Virus record (IMG/VR): IMGVR_UViG_3300035695_000002 | Span: 32,001 to 96,000 of that record | Length of the DNA stretch: 64,000 nucleotides | DNA from: a virus | Reading direction: 5' to 3' (one strand) | Part shown: piece by piece, positions 25,916-35,600 of the stretch | Numbering within the stretch: the stretch's first letter is position 1 | Layout of the letters: every line of letters starts with the position of its first letter | Made by a program: the position numbers and the translations under genes | Notes under the pieces: generated by a model | Seen by the model: the letters and a program-made list of their open reading frames with translations, nothing else | What the model was told of the DNA's origin: nothing | The model's database searches: none

Positions 25916-28435
25916 TTAAACATTTTCTATTGTTGCTATCGGTAATCTGGAACTGTTAGTTATACCTGACTGTGTAATCCTCCACTTATAAACTGTAGGA
26001 TTGCCTATGAAATCGGTATTATAAATAATATCCCCCTTTTTATAACCAATTGAGTTTGCATTACTCGCCACAAATACCCCTTGTTCTATTCCTTGCCAAT
26101 CTACCCCAGTAACCTCAACAAGACCATTATCTATTGCATTATTGCTTACAGTTATTGTTGTACTTGTCACAGATATAATATGAGTGCCTTCTGGAAAATA
26201 AGGACTGAATATCGTCATTCTTGGAGCAGCAGAACTAATAGGAGCTTCTCCTACACAATTTGTTATTACATTACTACCACTTATAGCATCTCCTATTACA
26301 AAAAATGGATAAACATTTGGTATTCTACCTATATAAAAATTGTAATTAGTTACAGCATCAATCCCCTTCCCTATATAGGAGAGGGTTATAGTGGATGTTG
26401 CGTCGTTTTTAGCTGTAACTACACCACAACACAAGTACCTATTCGCAATTCCGTATTCATCAAGAATATTAGTTGTTCCATTAAGGAAGATAGTGTCCTG
26501 AATATATACTTTGTTGTAATCATCCCCTGCACTCATCACTATATCTGCTGTAAGATTTATAGCATCTATATTGCTAAAACTTAATGTCCCTGACTTTAAA
26601 GGGAAAAAATACCATTCTTCAGGAGTTCTTGTTGTAGAAGTGGGATTTGTTATATTTGTATTTCTTTTCCTTTTGCGTATCAAAGAACTTGTATTACCAA
26701 GTGGAGTAGATCCATTTCTCCTATTATAACTAATAATCATATCTGATAGTAATAGATATGGAGTATTTTCTGATAATTCTTGTGGTTTAGATACTGTTAT
26801 AATATCAGAACTTCCAAACGGTAAAGTACTTTGAGCACTTGAACAATTAACAAATTCTAATTGTCCTTGTAAATAATAATTAATTGGAAGTTGATTGAAA
26901 TAACATTTATCGAAATAAGCACTTTGACAATCAACTGCTAAAGGTGTATAATAAATAGCTCCGTAAGTAAAGAACATCGAATCAACAACTTTGAGGTAGC
27001 CCCCTTTAAATATTGTATATGCATTATGTATTGCCGGACTTCCGTATACAGGAGCTTGAAAATTGATTCTACAACCCTCTAATGTCATATGACCAAAAAC
27101 AGTAGAACCATTGAGCATATAAAAGCTCTCCAAATGTCCTCTTTTTATAATTATTCCTTTATTTGCAAAAGATGTTAGTTTAGCTATATATCTAACACTC
27201 CCTGCCACATTAAGCCCATCTACTTCAGGATGATCCCCCGTACCGTTACCATAATCAAAAGAATTAAAGATGGTTTCGGTGTGCCCCCAACACTTAAAAT
27301 TATTTATCTGGCATGACCTATTCTGTGATTGTCCAATAGATACTGCACTTCTACAACTATCTCCCCAACAATTATTGATACAGATAGCATCTCCGTTTTG
27401 AGGAGTGATGTGGGGACTTAAGCAATATCCAACAACTAAATTAGCTACTCTACAACTATCGAAAATAATATCTGTAGAGCCTCCATTACCGTCTGCTGAA
27501 TTATAATATGAAGCAAAATCAGGATATATATCAGTTGCTGAAGAATCATTAATAAAAGGATCAACTACAAATCCTGCATGAGGAGAATAAGGAGTATCTC
27601 TACATCCTCCTGAAAAATTAGTTGCTGGATTTTCTAAAACATCATAAACCGATAAGTTAGCAATAGCTGAATTAGCACCATTTAAAAAAATACCATAAAC
27701 CCTCACCCCTTTACATTTATGTAATCCTACCATAAAAGTATTTTTATTGGTTGTAGTTAATTTTGTTTGTCCGGCAGTCCCATCATATACATTCGTCTCT
27801 CCTTCTAATCTAAAACTATTACAGAATTGATTCAGTCCTTGTCTAACCAGTATGCCAATCCCTATTTTATAATTACCAAATGGTAAATAAACATATTTTA
27901 ACTTAGAAACAATAGCACTATCTATTGTCTTTTGAATTGCGGGTTGGTCATCTTGAATACCGTCCCCTAATGCTCCAAACCATCTTACTGACCATTTTCC
28001 TAAAGATAACGCCTCTGGAACAATTGTTAAAGTGGTGTCGAATATTTTACTTCTAAAAGGACCATCAATAATACCACCATTAATAGTTCCTATTCCTGTT
28101 AAATATGTTCCATTTTCAAAAATTAAATATTTTCCAGAAGGAACTGTCACTGTACCACTTATTGTTATTGCTCCTCCTCCTTTTATATCAAATTTAACCC
28201 CTTTTACATTTGAACTTGATAAAATTGTATTTAATTTAGTGGTCATATCAGAGCCATTAGCATAAATACCGGCATTTCTACATGGCACTATACCATTTAA
28301 TTCTAATGCAATCCATTTATTAGTACCGTCATCATAACCAAATACTCCATCATTAGAGTATCCGGCAGGAAATGCAGCCACTTGCATCATTATATTTCCT
28401 CTATCTTGAATAAATGCTCCAGAAGCTACTGACAT
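25916..28435 (-). CDS. tail spike with a right-handed beta-helix (pectate-lyase-like depolymerase)
   Basis: 'VRWFGALGDGIQDDQPAIQKTID....VYLPFGNY' beta-helix cap, followed by N/G/C-rich beta repeats. Confidence 0.8.
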   Translation of the reverse strand: MSVASGAFIQDRGNIMMQVAAFPAGYSNDGVFGYDDGTNKWIALELNGIVPCRNAGIYANGSDMTTKLNTILSSSNVKGVKFDIKGGGAITISGTVTVPSGKYLIFENGTYLTGIGTINGGIIDGPFRSKIFDTTLTIVPEALSLGKWSVRWFGALGDGIQDDQPAIQKTIDSAIVSKLKYVYLPFGNYKIGIGILVRQGLNQFCNSFRLEGETNVYDGTAGQTKLTTTNKNTFMVGLHKCKGVRVYGIFLNGANSAIANLSVYDVLENPATNFSGGCRDTPYSPHAGFVVDPFINDSSATDIYPDFASYYNSADGNGGSTDIIFDSCRVANLVVGYCLSPHITPQNGDAICINNCWGDSCRSAVSIGQSQNRSCQINNFKCWGHTETIFNSFDYGNGTGDHPEVDGLNVAGSVRYIAKLTSFANKGIIIKRGHLESFYMLNGSTVFGHMTLEGCRINFQAPVYGSPAIHNAYTIFKGGYLKVVDSMFFTYGAIYYTPLAVDCQSAYFDKCYFNQLPINYYLQGQLEFVNCSSAQSTLPFGSSDIITVSKPQELSENTPYLLLSDMIISYNRRNGSTPLGNTSSLIRKRKRNTNITNPTSTTRTPEEWYFFPLKSGTLSFSNIDAINLTADIVMSAGDDYNKVYIQDTIFLNGTTNILDEYGIANRYLCCGVVTAKNDATSTITLSYIGKGIDAVTNYNFYIGRIPNVYPFFVIGDAISGSNVITNCVGEAPISSAAPRMTIFSPYFPEGTHIISVTSTTITVSNNAIDNGLVEVTGVDWQGIEQGVFVASNANSIGYKKGDIIYNTDFIGNPTVYKWRITQSGITNSSRLPIATIENV

Positions 28436-28438
28436 AGA

Positions 28439-28654
28439 TTAATTTAAATTAAATACTGTGAAAGCACTTCCTCCTGAAAATCCTACAACATTTATAGTGA
28501 GATCAGGATAAATCCCTGTGATAGATATATTTGCTCCAGGAAGAATATTAGGAAGAGGACCTATAGTAGATGTAATAAGCCTATCTAAATCAAGATAATC
28601 ATTATATTTCTTCGCAGAAGTTATCCAAAAACCCGTTTTTATATAATGAGGCAT
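28439..28654 (-). CDS. small putative structural or adaptor protein
   Basis: 71 aa with a 'GANISITG.YP..TI' fibre-type motif, directly upstream of the spike. Confidence 0.55.
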   Translation of the reverse strand: MPHYIKTGFWITSAKKYNDYLDLDRLITSTIGPLPNILPGANISITGIYPDLTINVVGFSGGSAFTVFNLN

Positions 28655-28657
28655 ATT

Positions 28658-29290
28658 TTATTTTTTACCCACTTTTAACTCTAATATTTGAGGAATATGT
28701 ACATGAGGATTAGAAGAGGTCATTTCTGAGAAATATTTCTTCTTTCCTAAAAACCATTTCCTTTTCCAATATAATACTCCATCTATAGGAGCATCTACTT
28801 CGTACTTTAGTACTGCACTGTCTGGAGAAACTTGTTTATAATCGAATTTTGACCATTTGTCTTGTTTTTTCCAATCTTTAGCTACAAATTTGATAGTGTC
28901 TCCTTTTTTATCTATATATGTGATAGTTGTGTCTTTTGGATGGATACGTAAACTATCTATAGATTGAGATTGGACTTGGAAAGCATACTCTAGATTTTTA
29001 TAACTTTTCTTTAATCCTTGGAATTCCTTTAGAAAGGAGAGATTTCCATCTTTTACAAGTTGTTTGATTGTGTTATTTTCAAGAACAACAGCTTGGTTTT
29101 TAGCTACTTCTTCCCCTGACTTATTTTTATAATATTGAGTTTTCATTTGCTCTTTACTAAAAAGCTGTTCTACACCCTGTTTTTGAGCCTTTTCTTCTCT
29201 ATATTTGTTGTAAAATGTATAAAGTAGAACACCAGTTATGATTAGCAATAATACTAACCCTGCTTCTATTTTAAGTCTTAAAGATAACAT
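28658..29290 (-). CDS. putative spanin-like membrane-anchored protein
   Basis: N-terminal transmembrane helix then coiled coil, 'KRKWFLG', and a position in the lysis cassette. Confidence 0.55.
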   Translation of the reverse strand: MLSLRLKIEAGLVLLLIITGVLLYTFYNKYREEKAQKQGVEQLFSKEQMKTQYYKNKSGEEVAKNQAVVLENNTIKQLVKDGNLSFLKEFQGLKKSYKNLEYAFQVQSQSIDSLRIHPKDTTITYIDKKGDTIKFVAKDWKKQDKWSKFDYKQVSPDSAVLKYEVDAPIDGVLYWKRKWFLGKKKYFSEMTSSNPHVHIPQILELKVGKK

Positions 29291-29292
29291 AA

Positions 29293-29490
29293 TTACTCGT
29301 CTATTTTTTCTCCTGATTGTAATTTGAAATATAGAGCTGTTTCATGCCCCACCCATGTAAGAAATAATGATAGAAATACCCACCATTTGTTATCTTGGAA
29401 TAGTAATACAGCACTCATAGCTGATCCCAGTCTACTAACACTGGCTCCTAGGAAAGAATATTCTTTAGGTGTATCAGGAAGATATTTCAT
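29293..29490 (-). CDS. putative holin
   Basis: 65 aa with two hydrophobic segments and a charged C-terminus, near the endolysin. Confidence 0.5.
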   Translation of the reverse strand: MKYLPDTPKEYSFLGASVSRLGSAMSAVLLFQDNKWWVFLSLFLTWVGHETALYFKLQSGEKIDE

Positions 29491-29819
29491 TACTTTACTA
29501 TAAACTTATCTATTATATATATAATAAGTCCCAATGTCATTACAATACCTTGCCAATTACCTTTTAAAGTGTTCATGAAGGATTTATTTTCTTCTACTTT
29601 TGGAGAAATGTCGTCCAAATCTCTATCCAATACTCTAATTTTCTCTCCTACAGTGGCTCTAAGGACAGCTAAGTCTGTTTTTAGGTCATTGTGACTGGTT
29701 TCCAACCCTGTAACTCTACCATTGGTTTTTCTACATTCTGTTAGAGTGTTTTCTCCTGTAATTTTTATTACAGCCAACTGTTCTCTTATTGTTGATAATT
29801 CTTCAGCAATATCTGCCAT
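29490..29819 (-). CDS. holin-like coiled-coil protein with a C-terminal transmembrane helix
   Basis: 'KTNGRV..LE' coiled coil plus a C-terminal hydrophobic helix, adjacent to the endolysin. Confidence 0.55.
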   Translation of the reverse strand: MADIAEELSTIREQLAVIKITGENTLTECRKTNGRVTGLETSHNDLKTDLAVLRATVGEKIRVLDRDLDDISPKVEENKSFMNTLKGNWQGIVMTLGLIIYIIDKFIVK

Positions 29820-29844
29820 TATTATAATAATTAAGGGATTTATA

Positions 29845-29875
29845 CAAAAGTATGACTAAAAAAGCAAATTTCCAA
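29845..29875 (-). promoter_or_regulatory. Bacteroidota -33/-7 promoter
   Basis: Minus-strand TTG-N20-TACTTTTG, overlapping the terminator hairpin. Confidence 0.6.
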
Positions 29876-29898
29876 GGATTTACTTGGAAATTAATGCT
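29858..29898 (-). terminator. Rho-independent terminator after the endolysin
   Basis: 10-bp inverted repeat AATTTCCAAG-N6-CTTGGAAATT, followed on the minus strand by TGC-T6. Confidence 0.6.
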
Positions 29899-29922
29899 AT
29901 AGAGAAATTGAATTATATGGAA

Positions 29923-30429
29923 TTAAACTAATCCATCCCAAGTGGGATCTGTGGATTTAACTATTGAAAATTTATCTAAATTTGGGAGATATTGCCAATG
30001 CCATCTCTCTGATAGTACTGTTCTTACAAAACCGTAAGTTTTAGCATTATGAAACATCCATTTATAGACATCTGGAGGAACATTGAAATCATAAGCATCT
30101 CCGTTTTGATGATTGGAATATCCAGGTTTAGCTGTTCTAGGACTAAATAGTCCATTATCTGCATTTATTAGATATGTCCTATCGTTTATTTTAGTCTTAT
30201 CTATTACATTCCTTTGACGAAATCCATATTGCTCTTCCCAAGTTCTGAATCCTTCATTTAAATGGAGAGTGATATTGTCCTTTTTAGCACCGTTAATGAT
30301 TGATTGTACAAAAGAAAGATAAGAATTAACGACCTTTTTACCATCAATTAAGGAAATCCCCTCATATCTTAGGAGTTTTCCATTGTCATATAAGGCATAT
30401 TCTCCTTTTCCGTTTTGAGATTCTATCAT
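29923..30429 (-). CDS. endolysin, peptidase M15B (VanY-like)
   Basis: 'GFRTWEEQ', 'AKPGYSNHQNG.AYD' (SxHxxGxAxD), 'NA..YGF' and 'ERWHWQY'. Confidence 0.88.
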   Translation of the reverse strand: MIESQNGKGEYALYDNGKLLRYEGISLIDGKKVVNSYLSFVQSIINGAKKDNITLHLNEGFRTWEEQYGFRQRNVIDKTKINDRTYLINADNGLFSPRTAKPGYSNHQNGDAYDFNVPPDVYKWMFHNAKTYGFVRTVLSERWHWQYLPNLDKFSIVKSTDPTWDGLV

Positions 30430-30878
30430 TAATAATTTAAAAATAATCGTTCAAATAGATAGATATAATTATAACTTAAGTTTTGTTTGGTTTCTTCTAA
30501 TCTTTTATTCATTATTTCCCAATCTGGGAGTTCTTCAAAAACAATAGTCACTTCACTATCTAACAATTCTTTAGTTTTAGATTGCTTTAAAATACCTAAT
30601 TTTAGATTGTCTTCATCATTTTCCTTATAATCTTCAGGAAGAGTTCCATTATATAATTCAGCAAACCCCAGAAGATTAATAGCTTGAAATTGTTCCCTAG
30701 ACACATTCTCTCCAACTTTCTTAAGGGTTTTATTGGCTATTCTCCTCACTCCTTCACTTATAGATTTTTCATTACAAAACCCTAAAATCTTAACATCTTC
30801 CTTACCATTATTGAAAGATACTCCAGCTAGGAGATTTAAGCATTCATATAATTCTTCTACCTTTAACTTTTTTTCCAT
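30429..30878 (-). CDS. hypothetical protein (possible tail assembly chaperone)
   Basis: Helical charged ORF following a fibre gene. Start placed at MEKK (30878), downstream of a promoter. Confidence 0.6.
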   Translation of the reverse strand: MEKKLKVEELYECLNLLAGVSFNNGKEDVKILGFCNEKSISEGVRRIANKTLKKVGENVSREQFQAINLLGFAELYNGTLPEDYKENDEDNLKLGILKQSKTKELLDSEVTIVFEELPDWEIMNKRLEETKQNLSYNYIYLFERLFLNY

Positions 30879-30899
30879 ATTTAATTGGTTTAATTTTCG

Positions 30900-30930
30900 C
30901 AAATATAGTAAAATAATTCAATAATACAAA
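30900..30930 (-). promoter_or_regulatory. Bacteroidota -33/-7 promoter
   Basis: Minus-strand TTTG-N19-TATATTTG. Confidence 0.72.
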
Positions 30931-30933
30931 TAG

Positions 30934-32298
30934 TTAGCTCCAATTTCCCACATTTGTTACAGAATTAGTACCTACAGGCCAAATTCTGAAATAAGAATTC
31001 ACTCCCACTATGGCTGCTGAGGCTACACCTAAGCTAACTTGAGGAATTAGTGTTCCTCCTGCATTGATTCTCACAATTCCCCATATTCTAGCATGACCTG
31101 TAGTAGTGGTATTAGCTGCACTTATAGCAACATTGGCTGCCGTATTAAATGATATTAAAGGAGCACTAGCTGTAGCTAAAGTACTTTTAGTAGCTGAAGA
31201 TTGCCAAGTTTGTGAGGTAAATGTAGCCGTTCCTCCAAAAGAAAAACCAAAAGCCCCTGACGTAGAGGACATGGAAGTTAAGGAGAAAAAACACTCAAAA
31301 TAGTAAGATTTTGAACTTGATACTGTTAAAGCCCCATTAGTGGAAGAATTAAACAGTTTTTGTGCTGCTGTTTGAGATGTAAGAGTATATGCTCCTGTTA
31401 AGGATATGAATTGTTCACTGTCTACTACAGATCTTTCACTGGTAGCATGAGTCCAATATCGGATACCGTTAGCATCCACTTCTCCTACACCTGCTATTGC
31501 TGATGTTAATAAAGCAGCACTTGTTAATATAAAAGTTTCTGCTCCAAAAGAAGCAGTTCCAGCAGCATGTATTAATACACCAGGATTAAATGTCTTATTT
31601 CCTGTAACTGTTTGTACAGAGGCTAATACCATATCTCCACTACCACTAGGAGACCCCCAACTTACATTAGATCCATCTGTAGTGAGATATTTTCCTGTAT
31701 TTCCTATTTGAGAAGGTAGAAGATTGGTTATAGCTCCTGCACCGAAAGATGTAAGAGAAGAAGCAGTGACTCCTGATGCTAATGTGATTCCTGTTAATGT
31801 TCCTGCTGCTGCTGCGATAGTAATATTTCCACTACCATCAAAACTTACACCATTAATAGTTCTTGCAGTCTGTAACACTGTAGCACTACCAGCGTTTCCT
31901 GTAATTGTAGTGATTGTTATATTTGATGATAGAGCACTTCCATTAATAGTCCTGGAAGAAGGAACAGCATCTGTAATACCATATCCTCCTAATGTAGTTG
32001 GAATAGAAGTTAAACTACCAAAAGCTAGTGAACTTATAGTTGCGAAAGTTCCAAGTCCTAAATTGCTTCTAGCTGTTGTATAATTACTGAGTCCTGATAA
32101 ATTATCAGTTTTCATCATATCTCCATATGTAGGAGTTGATACAAAAACTGACCCATTCCAATATCTTACAGCATTTAAATCTGTATTATATATCACTACA
32201 TCATGAGAATCTAGAAGCAATTGTTGGGCAAAAGCATCCTCTTGAGATTGTGTATAATCTGTTATTAATTGTAACGCTTTTGTTAATCTTACAGACAT
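30934..32298 (-). CDS. tail fibre protein
   Basis: Probable start MSVRLTK (32298). Fibre motifs 'NLS.L....ARSNLGLG', 'PTTLGGYGITDA', two 'RTING' repeats, 'GKYLTTDG..VSW' and 'QTVTGNKTF'. Confidence 0.82.
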   Translation of the reverse strand: MSVRLTKALQLITDYTQSQEDAFAQQLLLDSHDVVIYNTDLNAVRYWNGSVFVSTPTYGDMMKTDNLSGLSNYTTARSNLGLGTFATISSLAFGSLTSIPTTLGGYGITDAVPSSRTINGSALSSNITITTITGNAGSATVLQTARTINGVSFDGSGNITIAAAAGTLTGITLASGVTASSLTSFGAGAITNLLPSQIGNTGKYLTTDGSNVSWGSPSGSGDMVLASVQTVTGNKTFNPGVLIHAAGTASFGAETFILTSAALLTSAIAGVGEVDANGIRYWTHATSERSVVDSEQFISLTGAYTLTSQTAAQKLFNSSTNGALTVSSSKSYYFECFFSLTSMSSTSGAFGFSFGGTATFTSQTWQSSATKSTLATASAPLISFNTAANVAISAANTTTTGHARIWGIVRINAGGTLIPQVSLGVASAAIVGVNSYFRIWPVGTNSVTNVGNWS

Positions 32299-32300
32299 TG

Positions 32301-32612
32301 TTATGGATGTGTCGTAGTAGTGGTAGTTGTGGAAATAATATCTACAATTCCCCAATCTGGAGAGGTAATAGAAAGTCCTACATAAAGTATAGGAATACAA
32401 GTATCTAGGTAGAATTCCCCTACATAGGTTGGTACAAATGTGGGAGCACCGCAACCCGTATCTGGGGGGATAGCATTATTAATCTTCCCCAAAATTACAT
32501 CTAAGGCATCTAAAGGAGCTACTCCTAAGTTAGTCAGGTAGTCTCCATCATATATAATGCATTTAGCATTAATATATGTAGCACATGTGTCACAAATAGC
32601 AGCAGTTCTCAT
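32301..32612 (-). CDS. small Cys-rich putative structural protein with a poly-Thr tail
   Basis: 'C..C.....KCIIYDG..L..LG....D.L..IL.KIN', ending STTTTTTTHP. Start placed at ATG 32612. Confidence 0.68.
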   Translation of the reverse strand: MRTAAICDTCATYINAKCIIYDGDYLTNLGVAPLDALDVILGKINNAIPPDTGCGAPTFVPTYVGEFYLDTCIPILYVGLSITSPDWGIVDIISTTTTTTTHP

Positions 32613-32618
32613 AATGTA

Positions 32619-32648
32619 CAAAAATAGGTTAAATTAATGAAATTTCAA
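32619..32648 (-). promoter_or_regulatory. Bacteroidota -33/-7 promoter
   Basis: Minus-strand TTG-N19-TATTTTTG ending 6 nt before the ATG. Confidence 0.65.
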
Positions 32649-32688
32649 GGATTATTTTTACTTTTTGGTTATAATATAGCAATTGTTC

Positions 32689-35600
32689 TTACTTTCTACT
32701 ACTACTCTTACTTACAGTCACATCGAAATCCTTAGCAAATTGAGAATTTAGTATTGAGGCATAAGTTAAAGCTGACTTAGTAATCGGAAACATTTTCATT
32801 CCATATTTAATAGGTTGAGCCTTCTTTCTAACATCTTCATAGGAAGTATTAGGATCAAAATCCAATCCTGTAGTTTCTTTGAAGAAATGAACAACAAATT
32901 TCTGCATATCTTCAATTATACCTACAGCAGGGAATATTCCTCCAGATAAGAGAGATTCCCAATCAGCAGGATTATAGAAGAACGAAAGTTCATTTACGAA
33001 CTTATCTAGCACTTTTTGACTATATCTGAAGAAATTCTTTGTAGCCTTATCTTCATCATCATCTGGAGCCATATATCCTAAGCTTATAGCTGATGCTATT
33101 AATCCTACAAAAATGGCTAATTCTCGCATTTGATTGGATAGATTAGTTCTTATAAGGTCTATGAAGTCTTCCCTAGTCATATTTAAGGTTTCTCCTGTCT
33201 CAGATTCATATTTTTGCTTGAAATGCTCAAAAGCTTCATCTAGTCTAGCAATTCCTTGCTGATTCAAATAAAGAATATTTTTGAGGTTTGCTACCCCCTT
33301 AAATATACCATCTGATAGAATATAAGCTAAAAGCCTAATTCTACCAATATCATACTTTTGACCTTCAGCAATACCATCTTCGTTCACTCGTACAGAGAAA
33401 TCATCGCTCACTTTTCTGAATTCAGAGAACCTAGTATCTGCCAGTTTAGGTATCCATCCCTTGAATATCATCATAGATTTAGTCCAAATAGACATAGACA
33501 TTCTATTAATATCTCCATCTGTCATACCTCCAGTGGCATTTCTAGATAGTCTTCTGGATAGGTTTGTTAGCCTTTGGAGTTCGTTTCTATCCTGTAAGTT
33601 TAATCCAGGTATGACCAATTTACCATCTTCTAGCTTTTTAGTAGTGTCTATAGAGGAGGATTTCTTCAATTGTTCTGTTTCTGCATCAATTTTAGCCTTT
33701 ATATCTCTATATGAGGAAGCATCGTTATATCTATCTTTATACTTGTTTTTAACGAATTCTTTAATATTCACTATCTTTCCATCCACCACCATTGTATTCT
33801 GTAATAGGGATAAGAATACGGATTTTTCAATGAGTTGTTCAGGCTTACGCATAAACACCATTAAATCATCTCCTATGTTTCTCCTTGTAAGAGATGTCAT
33901 TCCTGCTTCCTTATACAATTCATAAGAAGGATCATCCTTTAAAGGCATGAAAGTGTTTATAAGCTGAATGAATATTTCCTTATCTTCTTGATTAGCGAAG
34001 TTATGGAGCATCAATTTATTCTCATTCTTCCAGAATTCTCCAGCATTGAAGTAATTTCCTGCTTGTGTAATAGCCTGTAGATTTCCACCAAACATGTTTA
34101 CAGCCCCAGATATAAACTCAAGTCCAAGGGTTTTCAATTGAAACCCTCTATTAGCTGCATCTATGGTCTTTATTAGAGATGTAGCTGTAGGATTTTCATT
34201 CTCTTTCCATATTTCCCTTCCAGCTACAGAATTAACTCCTTTTTTAACAAAATTCAATACTTTACCTACATTAAGAGGAGTGTCACTATCGGAAAGAACA
34301 TATCTCTGATCATAAAGCAACACCCTAAGAAAATCATCAAACATTTTAGTGTTTTCTGCATTACCTGGAAGCTCTTCAGGTTTACCATCTTTTACTATTA
34401 CATCCCCTGTTCTACCTGTATTTAAGTGGTTTTTGAACTCTTCTATAGTTTTAACAAGTTTTAATTGTCCTTCTATTTCGGACATATACTTGTATTTCTC
34501 CACTTGTTGGATGTATAAAATGAGGTTTTTAAACAAATCTTCACTCACTTGAGAATAGTCATTTACACCATCAGTTTTAGTAAAATCATGGGTGTAGTAT
34601 TTAGGAATGCTATTTTCAAGCTCTCCTGTCACCTCATTTATATTACCATATCCTACATCATCTATGTTGATTTGTACACTCTTCTGGAAATTGGCTATGG
34701 GAGAGAATTCTCCATCAAAAGAGAGTTGTTCAGCCATAGATTTCCTTACAAAAGGAAGGAAGCTACTAGCCACTTTATTATCCAGATAACCTATATCTTT
34801 GGCCTTTTCATTGAAATTTACAACAAAGTTGTATAATTCCAATAAATCATTGTCTTTTAAAATGTTCTTATATTCATCAGAATACCACTTTTCAAGAGGA
34901 TGTCTTTTAAGAATATAGTTGTTCCAACCATTAAAATCTTCTCTATCTATATCATAGAGTTTCTTCACCCTAGCTTTTTCAGCATCTCTTATAAGCTCTT
35001 CTTCCTCTTCAGATCCATTATATCTGGTTTTATTGATATTTTCTATCTGCCTGTCTATGGCTTTTTGAGCTTCTTTCTTGTATTCTTCTACATTAATATT
35101 CTCTTTGAGCCATTGTAAATCCCCCCCTTCATTGGCTTTTTTGTCTATTTCTTTAAAGAATTCAGGACTGTATTTGAATATTAAATTATTTACTATTTTT
35201 CCTTCTTTGTCTTTTTGGTAGATTTGAGAAACAAGTGCTCTTAAATCCCCCCCTTTAACAGAGAGTTTCTTTCTAATGTCTGTAAGAGTGGTTATTTCTT
35301 TTAAAGCATCTGTAGAGGCTTTTCCTTGAGCTGCTCTAGTGAGTTTGTGTAATATCTCCAGAGAGCGTAGGGGTAATTCACTCACTCCTCTGAATAAGCT
35401 TCCTAGTCCTTTTACTATTTTCTCTGGTTTTAATAGCCCAGTTACAAGATTACGTTCTCCTATATGTTTATCTGCAAAAGCTAAAGCAGCTTTTTTTATC
35501 TCTTTTTGAGACTTTCTAATAAGTCTAGATTCTGTCTCTAAAAGATCTAAATATTGTTTTCTAATAAGCACCTCTTCAGAAGGAGCTTCTTCTTTCATCT

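Noticed and set aside
28433-28441. In-frame TAA-TCT-ATG junction suggesting readthrough that fuses the 71-aa ORF to the spike
   Set aside because: The same stop-NNN-ATG spacing occurs at 28654, 38283 and 38742 between unrelated genes, so it looks like ordinary tight packing.
32299-32454. N-terminal 52-aa extension of the 506-aa ORF in the track
   Set aside because: It overlaps the 32301-32612 gene in another frame; ATG 32298 directly after that gene's stop is the more plausible start.
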